In this document: positions 17,347-25,991 of the stretch, in pieces
How positions within the stretch are numbered: position 1 is the first letter of the stretch
How the letters are laid out: every line of letters starts with the position of its first letter
NCBI RefSeq assembly: GCF_000011465.1
Contig: NC_005072.1
Span: 690,001-722,000 of the forward strand
Origin: Prochlorococcus marinus subsp. pastoris str. CCMP1986
Lineage (GTDB): Bacteria; Cyanobacteriota; Cyanobacteriia; PCC-6307; Cyanobiaceae
DNA: 32,000 nt
Direction of reading: 5' to 3'
Made by a program: the position numbers and the translations under genes
Notes under the pieces: generated by a model
Seen by the model: only the letters and a program-made list of their open reading frames with translations
Databases searched by the model: none
Told to the model about the DNA's origin: nothing

Positions 17347-18656
17347 TTGCCTGTTGATGCAATCAAAGTAAATTTATTTCTTGATAAATAATTTATGATT
17401 TCCTTAAAGTTATTTGTATTACTCCAGTAATCTAAATGATTATTTAAATCAATTAGAGTATTTTTCCTCCCCCATAAAAGCTCATTTCCAAAAAATGAAG
17501 TTAATTGTGTTGACGTTTCTAGATTAAAAATATAGTTACTTTTAACGATATTAATTGCTTTTCTAATCTCATTTAAAGTTAAATTTTTACAACTTACAAC
17601 CTCTTGAATTGTTTCATTAATTTCTTCCTCTACGTTTTTTAAATTTATTTCATCGCAGCAAGCTTCAATTACTAATAAGCTACCAAATTCTCCACCATTT
17701 ACATCTACATATATTGATTCAACTAGGTTCCTTTCTTCCTTTAAAACTTTTACTAATCTACTATTTCTTCCTACACAAAGTATTGATGCTAATATTTCAA
17801 ACCCGATATTCATTTTTTGATTCTTTAGGCTTGGTATACTCCATGCCATGAATATTCTAGCCAATTCAATATTCTTAAAATTAATCTCTTCTCTTCCAGT
17901 GCTTGCGACTAAAATTGATTTGTTATTATTTTTTATTTGAGAAGTTTCATTAGGATCTAGATAAGAAAAGTTATTTTCGTGATATATTTCATAAGTTTTC
18001 TCAGATATATTTCCAGCAATAGCAATACAAAAATTATTCTTTTTGTAAAAGCTTTTGTGAAATTTTTCTAAATCAGCTTTTTTTAATGATTGAAGATTTT
18101 TTTCTGTGCCTAATATTGTTTTGCCATATTTATTATTCTTCCATACTCTGCTTAAAAAATAATTAAAAAGTTTTTCATCAGGCTGATCATTTTGTTGTTT
18201 TATTTCATCCATGACAACACTTTTCTCTTTTTCAAATTCATCAATATTAATGCTTGGAGATAAAACAATGTTTGTCAAAAGAGCCAGTGATTCTTTAAAG
18301 TTATTTTCAGGTATTAATACATAGTAATGTGCATCATCATATCCAGTTGAAGCGTTGCTCATCCCCCCAAGAGATTCGATCTTATAATCAAATTCTCCTG
18401 GCATTAATTTATTAGTACCCTTAAAAATCATATGTTCTAAAAAATGAGCTGTTCCGTCTCTATCTGATTCCTCAAATGCAGATCCTGCTTTAAACCAAAA
18501 ATCTATGCATACAAGAGGTAATTCTTTATTTTCCACAAAAACGCATTTAGGTTTGCTTGAATGGTTAAAGTATTTAACTTCTCCTGGGTTCATTGAAATC
18601 CTTTCCTTATTATAATTTTGATACTTTTTAAACTTGTTGTCTAAATCTTTAACCAA
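17343..18656 (-). CDS. M16 family zinc peptidase (true start may be the internal Met near 18593)
   Basis: [11 protein letters not shown] (HxxEH) with downstream Glu region; [19 protein letters not shown]. Confidence 0.92.
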
Positions 18657-19359
18657 AACTAAATTAATTGACCCACTTATTTTGACTTTATTGCAAAATA
18701 TAAAGGTTCAAAGGTCTAAGCTTAATGACCTCAATTGCATAGAGGTAGATCCTAAGCTTTCAAATATAATTTCCAATGAAGAAGGTAAGGAGCTATATAT
18801 AGAAAATGAATTTTATAAAGCAAAAGGATTTAGAAAGTTACATATTGAAGTGGCTGAATTTTCAAAAAGTCTAAAGATTCTACATTGCGTATTTTTCCCA
18901 GACCCAAAGTATGATATTCCAATATTTGGAATGGATTTAGTTAAAGTTAATGAACTAGTTTCAGCAGCTATTGTTGATTTATCTCCTTCATCGAAGAACC
19001 AAAATTTAAAATATGATCATTTATTGTCTCATATTGATAAAAGTGTTTTTAAATCTAAAAGGGAAATTCCAATCTGGGGAAATATTTTCTCTAAAAATGT
19101 TTTTTTTGCTTCCTTAAAAAATGAAAGTGAAAAAAATGCTTTTTGTAAAATAGTTGATAATTATCTTTCTGTTTTAATTCAATTAAGTCAAAGCACTAGT
19201 CCTGATTCTGATTATGAAATAATTGAAGAAAGAATTAATTATCAAAAAAATTATTGTGTTCAGCAAATGAAAAACGAAAAAACAAGTTTAGTTTTGCTTA
19301 AATATTTTGATAAAGTATGGGTAGATGAATATATCAAAAAAGTATTATTTGATTTTTGA
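18634..19359 (+). CDS. pcyA: Phycocyanobilin:ferredoxin oxidoreductase
   Basis: [58 protein letters not shown]: strongly characteristic of PcyA. Confidence 0.95.
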
Positions 19360-20273
19360 TGTTTATAAATAATTTTAAAAATATAATCTTTTATTTTTTG
19401 ATATTTTTACCATTATCGATCGGAATAAGTTCATGTTCTCAAAATAAAAAATTAAATTCTAATTCTAATATAGAAATAACTTCTGATTTTACTCCTGTAA
19501 TAGAAGCAGTCGCAGCATTAGGTCAACTTTCTCCAGCTGGGGATATTAGGCAATTATCAGCACCAATCTCTCAATTTGGATCATCTCCTCGTTTGTCTGA
19601 ACTACTGGTGAAGGAGGGCGATTTTGTCAAGAAAGGTTCAGTACTAGCCGTTTTTGAAAATAGAGAAAAATTAGTTGCAGATCTTGAAAAGAAGAATAAC
19701 CTTATCAAAACTAATATTTTAGAGATTTCATTAAAAGAAGATCAAATTAAAAGATATGAATTAGCCGTTGAAAATTCAGCATACTCATTAATAAAACTTT
19801 CTCAGAGAAAAGATGAATTGTTAAAATTACAAAAACAAAAAATAATTAACGTTGGCGATAAAAAAAACATTGAGATAGATCTTTTTAACTCTCAACTTAG
19901 AAGCCCAATTGATGGCTATATCCTTGATGTTAATACAAGAGTTGGAGAAAGATCTAAAAACGAAGGGATACTTGATATTGGCTCAAGTCAGAATATGGAG
20001 GCTCTTATAGAAGTCTATGAATCTGATATAAATAGAGTATTTATCTCGCAAAATGTTGAATTAAGTAGTGAAAATGGAGGCTTTAAAAAAATTCTAAAAG
20101 GGGAAGTAATAAGAATTAGCCCACAAGTAAAACAGAGAAAGGTCTTATCCACAGACCCTACAGGTGATGCGGATGCTCGTATTATTGAAGTTCTTGTAAA
20201 GTTAAATCCGGAATCCATAAAATTAGTAAAAAACTATACTGGTATGAAAGTTATTGCAAAATTCCTCCCTTGA
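19356..20273 (+). CDS. devB: HlyD/DevB-type membrane fusion protein of ABC exporter
   Basis: Lipobox-like GISSC; biotinyl-lipoyl-like [22 protein letters not shown], coiled coil, [17 protein letters not shown]. Confidence 0.88.
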
Positions 20274-21445
20274 TAAATTTTTCTTTCATAAAATTTAGGA
20301 AAATCCCTTTAGCTTGGTTGCTACTTACAAGACAGCCACTCAGATTAATAGTTGCTATTGCAGGAATCAGCTTCGCGGGGATTTTAATGTTTATGCAATT
20401 AGGCTTTAGAGATGGATTATTTGATACAAGTGTAACCATTCATAAACTTTTGGATGCTGATCTTGTGTTGATAAGTCCAAGATCAAAAAGTTCCATAAGT
20501 ATGAGTGGATTTCCAAAAAGAAGACTAATTCAAACTTTAGCTTTAGAAGACGTTGAAAAAACTGCCCCTGTTAACTTAACTTACCTTCTCTGGAGGAACC
20601 CAGAGAATCTAAAAACAAGATCTATTTTAACCTTAGGATTTAATCCTTCAGATTCTCTTTTACTAGATGATGGATTTTCAAGAAAGGCTGATAAACTTAA
20701 AAATCCAGGAAGAGTTCTTTTTGATAAACTTTCAAGACCAGAATTTGGGCCTATAGAAGATTGGTTTCTTTCGGAGAAGAGAGTAGAAACCGAAGTTGCT
20801 GGTAAAAGAGTACTAGTTGAAGGTCTTGTTGAGTTAGGTCCTTCCTTTGGAGCAGATGGAAACCTCATAACAAGTAGAGAAACATATCTAAGGCTTTTCC
20901 CTGCTAATCCAAAAGGAAGTATTGAAATAGGTTTAGTGAAACTGCAAAATGGTTCAAATCCTATTCTGGTATCTGAAATTTTAAATAAGTCTTTACCGAA
21001 TGATGTTCGTGTTTTAACAAAAGATCAATTTATAGAATTTGAAAAAAATTATTGGAAAAACAGTACCGCGATTGGCTTTATATTTAGTTTAGGAGCTTTA
21101 ATGGGCTTTGTAGTTGGTTGCGTTGTTGTGTACCAAATACTTTATAGCGATGTTACTGATCATCTTCCTGAATATGCAACCTTGTTAGCTATGGGGTATA
21201 GATTAAAGACTTTGTTTTTTGTTGTAGCTAGAGAAGGCTTTTTATTAGCATTATTTGGCTATTTGCCTGCTTATTTTTCTGGGCAAATACTTTATTCAAT
21301 TATCCGAAATTCTACGAAATTACCCATTGTAATGGATGCCAATAAAACAATTTTAATTTTTATTTTGGTTTTGGTTATGTGTATGGGTTCTGCTGGGATT
21401 GCTATGCGTAAATTAGTCGATGCAGATCCTGCTGAAATATTTTAA
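20270..21445 (+). CDS. devC: DevC-type ABC transporter permease (TTG start)
   Basis: PLAWLLLTRQPLRLIVAIAGISFAGILMFMQLGFRDGLFDT...; FtsX-like C-terminal TM helices. Confidence 0.92.
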   Translation: MINFSFIKFRKIPLAWLLLTRQPLRLIVAIAGISFAGILMFMQLGFRDGLFDTSVTIHKLLDADLVLISPRSKSSISMSGFPKRRLIQTLALEDVEKTAPVNLTYLLWRNPENLKTRSILTLGFNPSDSLLLDDGFSRKADKLKNPGRVLFDKLSRPEFGPIEDWFLSEKRVETEVAGKRVLVEGLVELGPSFGADGNLITSRETYLRLFPANPKGSIEIGLVKLQNGSNPILVSEILNKSLPNDVRVLTKDQFIEFEKNYWKNSTAIGFIFSLGALMGFVVGCVVVYQILYSDVTDHLPEYATLLAMGYRLKTLFFVVAREGFLLALFGYLPAYFSGQILYSIIRNSTKLPIVMDANKTILIFILVLVMCMGSAGIAMRKLVDADPAEIF

Positions 21446-21459
21446 CTAGAATTATTTAT

Positions 21460-22182
21460 ATGCCTAAATCTATCAATAAAAAAGATAAAAATTCAAAAAC
21501 TGTTTCTATAAATAATTTGAGTCATTATTATGGAATTGATGAAAATAAGAAACAAGTACTTAATAATGTAAATTTCTTTATTGAAAAAGGAGAGTTGGTT
21601 CTTTTAAAAGGACCCTCTGGATGTGGTAAGACAACTCTTCTAACTTTAATTGGTGCATTGAGAACATGCCAAAGTGGAGATTTGACAGTTTTAAATAATC
21701 AACTAAATGGGGCTTCAAGAAAAACTAGACAAAAACTTCGAAGAAGTATAGGGATGATTTTTCAGGGACATAATTTGCTTAGATGTTTAACAGCAGAACA
21801 AAATGTTCAGATGGGAGCAGATTTAATTACAAATTTAACGTACTTACAAAGAAGAGAATTAGCAAGGAAGTGGTTATCTGCGGTTGGTTTAGAGGACCAT
21901 CATAAAAAACTACCAAATGGATTGTCAGGAGGCCAGAAACAGAGGGTTGCAATTGCAAGAGCATTATCCGCGAATCCCAAACTTTTACTTGCGGATGAAC
22001 CTACTTCAGCTTTAGACAGTGTCACTGGAAGAGAAATAGTTTCACTTTTACGAAAATTAGCAAAAGAGCAGAATTGTTCTGTCCTTATGGTTACTCATGA
22101 TCCAAGGATTTCAGATATGGCGGACAGGATATTAAACATGGAAGATGGTAAGATATTTAATGCACTTAGTGAGCTAAGATAG
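21460..22182 (+). CDS. devA: DevA-type ABC transporter ATP-binding protein
   Basis: Walker A GPSGCGKTTL, signature LSGGQKQRVAIARAL, Walker B LLLADEPTSALD. Confidence 0.95.
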   Translation: MPKSINKKDKNSKTVSINNLSHYYGIDENKKQVLNNVNFFIEKGELVLLKGPSGCGKTTLLTLIGALRTCQSGDLTVLNNQLNGASRKTRQKLRRSIGMIFQGHNLLRCLTAEQNVQMGADLITNLTYLQRRELARKWLSAVGLEDHHKKLPNGLSGGQKQRVAIARALSANPKLLLADEPTSALDSVTGREIVSLLRKLAKEQNCSVLMVTHDPRISDMADRILNMEDGKIFNALSELR

Positions 22183-22204
22183 TTAAAAGTAAAAAAGAAT
22201 TTTT

Positions 22205-22354
22205 ATGTCAAAGAGAAGAAATTTAAAAAAAGAAAAGCAAGACCGTAATCGTGCATATGCTAGAAAATTTAAAAAAAGAAAGCTTAGATCTGATGGTAGA
22301 CCAGAAGGAAATAACGTTGCTGGAACAGCTAATAATGGCGGAGCAGCTGATTAG
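22205..22354 (+). CDS. Small basic hypothetical protein (49 aa), absent from supplied track
   Basis: Hand translation: MSKRRNLKKEKQDRNRAYARKFKKRKLRSDGRPEGNNVAGTANNGGAAD*. Composition is non-random for this AT-rich DNA (GC-rich Gly/Ala tail). Confidence 0.75.
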   Translation: MSKRRNLKKEKQDRNRAYARKFKKRKLRSDGRPEGNNVAGTANNGGAAD

Positions 22355-22409
22355 TAGAAATTTGGATCTTTTGTATTTTAAATTCTGTATATTAAAAACT
22401 AAATAATAT

Positions 22410-23327
22410 ATGGTTATGAACGTAAGCATCGTTATTCCAACTTATAATAGAAAACCAATATTGGAAAAATGTCTAAAAGCCCTTGAGAAGCAGAACTTAA
22501 ACGAGAATATCAGTAATTATGAAGTAATAGTTGTTGATGATGGCTCTACGGATGGCACAACCTATTGGATAAAAGATAATTATGAAGTTCTCCCTCATGT
22601 GGTCTTATATGAACAAGAACATGGCGGACCTGCTCTAGGAAGAAACTTAGGTGTAATGAAATCTAAATATGAAATTATCATTTTCATCGATAGTGATCTC
22701 ATTGTTTTAGATGACTTTATAGCCTGTCATGTAAATAAACTATTATTCTCTTGGAGTAAAAATACTAAAAAATGCTTTACTTATGGTTCAGTTATTAATA
22801 CTTCTAATTTCTCGAATCCAGAAAGTGAAAGATATAAATTAACTGATTTTTCCTTTGCATACTTTGCTACTGGAAATGTTGCTATTTCAAAAGAATTACT
22901 TTTAAGTGTTGGATTATTTGATAACTCTTTTAGCCTTTATGGGTGGGAAGATCTTGAGCTGGGAGAGAGATTAAAAAAATTAGGAACAAAATTAATTAAA
23001 TGTCCAGAAGCTGTTGGATTTCATTGGCACCCCCCTTTTGATTGTGGGCAAATTGAATCATTAGTATCCCAAGAAAAAGAGAGAGCAAGGATGGCTTTAA
23101 TATTTTATAAAAAACACTCAAATTTGAGAGTTAGATTTATGATTCAATTAACTCCGATTCATATTCTGCTTTGGCAAATAATTTGTCTGGGGGGATTGAT
23201 AAGTATTAAAAGATTATTACCGTTATTAAGATTTCTAATTGATTCAGGGAGAAATAGAATTGCATTAGAGATTGTTAGAATTCCGCTCAATTTAATTTAT
23301 GTAAAAGAACTTAGAAGATTAATTTAA
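22410..23327 (+). CDS. Family 2 glycosyltransferase
   Basis: VSIVIPTYNRKPILEKCLKAL...VIVVDDGSTDGT...FIDSDLIVLDDF: GT-A fold motifs; C-terminal GWEDLELGERL. Confidence 0.93.
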   Translation: MVMNVSIVIPTYNRKPILEKCLKALEKQNLNENISNYEVIVVDDGSTDGTTYWIKDNYEVLPHVVLYEQEHGGPALGRNLGVMKSKYEIIIFIDSDLIVLDDFIACHVNKLLFSWSKNTKKCFTYGSVINTSNFSNPESERYKLTDFSFAYFATGNVAISKELLLSVGLFDNSFSLYGWEDLELGERLKKLGTKLIKCPEAVGFHWHPPFDCGQIESLVSQEKERARMALIFYKKHSNLRVRFMIQLTPIHILLWQIICLGGLISIKRLLPLLRFLIDSGRNRIALEIVRIPLNLIYVKELRRLI

Positions 23328-23378
23328 ATTTTAAAAATTAATCTTAAAGATATTCTTTTAGGATTTCTGATTATTTGC

Positions 23379-23384
23379 TACAAT
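23379..23384 (+). promoter_or_regulatory. Candidate extended -10 element (TGcTACAAT) for rpsB-tsf
   Basis: tgctacaat at 23376-23384, about 95 nt upstream of the rpsB ATG; no clear -35. Confidence 0.4.
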
Positions 23385-23412
23385 ATTAAAAACTAAAACC
23401 ACACATCTGACT

Positions 23413-23467
23413 GTTTCGGGTGATTTAAATATTTAAATTTCCCGTCGGATGGAGGCTAACCCGAAAC
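23413..23467 (+). promoter_or_regulatory. Candidate structured rpsB mRNA leader
   Basis: gtttcgggt (23413-23421) is perfectly complementary to acccgaaac (23459-23467). A competing hairpin is cggg/cccg (23417-23420 with 23441-23444) enclosing the palindrome atttaaatatttaaat. Confidence 0.5.
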
Positions 23468-23477
23468 TTATTCAAAC

Positions 23478-24182
23478 ATGGCTGTTGTATCACTATCTGA
23501 AATGATGGAAGCTGGTGCCCACTTTGGGCATCAAACTAGACGTTGGAATCCCAAAATGTCTAAATATATATATTGTGCGAGAAATGGGGTTCATATTATT
23601 GATCTTGTTAAGACTGCTCTATGTATGAATAACGCTTATAAGTGGACAAGGAATGCTGCAAAAAGTGGAAAAAGATTTCTTTTTGTAGGTACGAAGAAGC
23701 AAGCATCAGATGTTGTTGCTCAAGAAGCTGTTAGATGTGGTGCTGCTTATGTGAATCAGAGATGGTTAGGAGGTATGCTTACCAACTGGACTACTATGAA
23801 AGCAAGAATAGAAAGATTGAAAGATCTTGAGAGAATGGAAAGTAGTGGGGCTATCGCTATGCGACCAAAAAAAGAAGCGGCAGTTTTGAGACGAGAATTA
23901 GAACGCTTACAGAAGTATTTAGGCGGTCTTAAAGGTATGAGAAGACTACCTGATGTAGTTGTTCTTGTAGATCAAAGAAGAGAATCTAATGCTGTTCTTG
24001 AAGCTAGAAAATTAGACATTTCTTTAGTTTCAATGTTAGATACTAACTGTGATCCTGATTTGTGTGAAGTCCCTATTCCATGCAATGATGATGCAGTGAG
24101 ATCTGTTCAACTTATTTTAGGGCGACTTGCAGATGCAATTAATGAGGGAAGAAAAGGTTCTAACGATCAAAGAAAAAATTAA
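23478..24182 (+). CDS. rpsB: 30S ribosomal protein S2
   Basis: [48 protein letters not shown]. Confidence 0.98.
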   Translation: MAVVSLSEMMEAGAHFGHQTRRWNPKMSKYIYCARNGVHIIDLVKTALCMNNAYKWTRNAAKSGKRFLFVGTKKQASDVVAQEAVRCGAAYVNQRWLGGMLTNWTTMKARIERLKDLERMESSGAIAMRPKKEAAVLRRELERLQKYLGGLKGMRRLPDVVVLVDQRRESNAVLEARKLDISLVSMLDTNCDPDLCEVPIPCNDDAVRSVQLILGRLADAINEGRKGSNDQRKN

Positions 24183-24226
24183 TTTATTTTCAAACTTTAA
24201 TAAAAACAAAAACATTATCTTTTTAA

Positions 24227-24883
24227 ATGGGAAACATTACAGCAAAACTTGTTAAGGATCTTAGAGATAAGACCGGAGCAGGAATGATGGATTGCAAAAA
24301 GGCTTTAAACGAGACAGATGGAAATGTTGAAAAAGCCTTAGAATGGTTAAGGAAGAAAGGTATAGCAAGTGCAGAAAAGAAATCAGGAAGAGTTGCTGCT
24401 GAAGGTTCTATTGGCAGTTATATACATACGGGTTCAAGGGTGGGTGTTCTTTTAGAACTAAATTGTGAAACTGATTTTGTTGCTAGAGGAGATATATTTC
24501 AATCTCTTTTAAAAGACGTATCTATGCAAGTTGCTGCATGTCCAAATGTAGAATATGTTTCTATTGATCAGATACCAAAAGATATAGTCGAAAAAGAGAA
24601 ACAAATAGAAATGGGTAGAGATGATTTGTCTGGTAAACCAGAAAATATTAAAGAAAAAATTGTTGAGGGAAGAATAGCTAAAAGACTAAATGAGTTGGTC
24701 TTGCTTTCTCAACCTTACATAAAAGATAGTGCACTTACAGTTGAGGATCTTGTGAAACAAGCAGCAGCTAAAATCGGTGAAAATATCAAAGTTAGACGTT
24801 TTACTAGATATACATTAGGCGAGGGTATTGAAAAAAATGAGATGGACTTTGCTGATGAAGTCGCATCTTTAAAGTCAAACTAA
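24227..24883 (+). CDS. tsf: Elongation factor Ts
   Basis: [49 protein letters not shown]. Confidence 0.98.
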
Positions 24884-24888
24884 AAAAC

Positions 24889-25962
24889 TTGACCAATAGT
24901 ATCAAAGGTAGAAATTCAAAAGAAGTTACAATTCAGCTAAAAAGGGCTGAAACCCAAAAAAATATATTAATAAAAAATATTTATAAAGAATATGAGACCT
25001 ATTTTGATATCGTTAGAAAATCTATGCTTATCTCTGCTAAAAAAGGTATAGCTGGCATTTATTCTGATTTTTCTATTAGTGATAAAGCATTGCATTCAAA
25101 AGAATTAAATATATTTTTAAACAAAAATATTAGTCTGCTTATCAATTCAAAACTTCCATTTATAACTATTGAACAACTTAAGTTGGGAGATATTAGTTAT
25201 CCTACAAAACAGTTAGTGAATGCAAGTGTCTTAAAAGAATTGGTAAAACGAAAAGAATATCAAACAGTTCATATTGATCATGAGAATGAAAAAACTGCTA
25301 ACGAATCCATTGAATTTCATTGCGATAACAATTTAAATACATATGAATATTATGAATCTTTAAGTGAAGATGAAATTTCTTCTGTAAACTTAGATGAAAG
25401 TTGTTATTTAAATTCTTTTTCTAAAGAAATAAGTATTGAAAATATTGAAGAAGGGAAACGTTTAGTTAATGCTTTCCTTGAATTAATAGAAGAAACAAGT
25501 GATAATAAACTAATTGATTATGAAAAAATAAATGATCAAGCCCCTGATGTTTTTATCTCAAGTGATAATTTAAATACTTTTGAATTTATTGATAAATCAT
25601 TTAGCAATTTTTTGTTGAATCTTTCATATAACATTAATTTAGAATTATTTAAAATAGAGTTAATAAAAAAAATTATAACTGAAGAAACTTTCAAATGTTT
25701 ATCAAATAATAATTCTATAATTAAACATCCATACCCTTTTGTTATTAGATATGATTTGTATCCAGATAATTTATATCCAAGAAAAAATAAGTCTTCTGAT
25801 GTTTATTTGTTTAATATAACTAATGTTGAATTAGAATTGTATAACTTAGATCTTTCAATCTGTAGAAATAATATAAATGATTTAAAAAATAGGTTTAAAT
25901 TATTAAATAAAAAGCAAAGATATTGGAAAAATAAGGAACTTGCCTCAAATAGTTCAAAGTAA
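24889..25962 (+). CDS. Hypothetical protein (357 aa, TTG start) between tsf and recG
   Basis: Long intact ORF, 5 nt after the tsf stop; no family recognised. Confidence 0.8.
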   Translation: MTNSIKGRNSKEVTIQLKRAETQKNILIKNIYKEYETYFDIVRKSMLISAKKGIAGIYSDFSISDKALHSKELNIFLNKNISLLINSKLPFITIEQLKLGDISYPTKQLVNASVLKELVKRKEYQTVHIDHENEKTANESIEFHCDNNLNTYEYYESLSEDEISSVNLDESCYLNSFSKEISIENIEEGKRLVNAFLELIEETSDNKLIDYEKINDQAPDVFISSDNLNTFEFIDKSFSNFLLNLSYNINLELFKIELIKKIITEETFKCLSNNNSIIKHPYPFVIRYDLYPDNLYPRKNKSSDVYLFNITNVELELYNLDLSICRNNINDLKNRFKLLNKKQRYWKNKELASNSSK

Positions 25963-25991
25963 TTAAAATTTAAATTTATCTTGTTGATAAA

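Noticed and set aside
20015-20868. Minus-strand ORFs 20015..20218, 20251..20439 and 20581..20868
   Set aside because: Antisense to well-supported devB/devC.
22223-22429. Minus-strand 68-aa ORF
   Set aside because: Antisense to the 49-aa basic protein and intergenic AT-rich DNA; low-complexity product.
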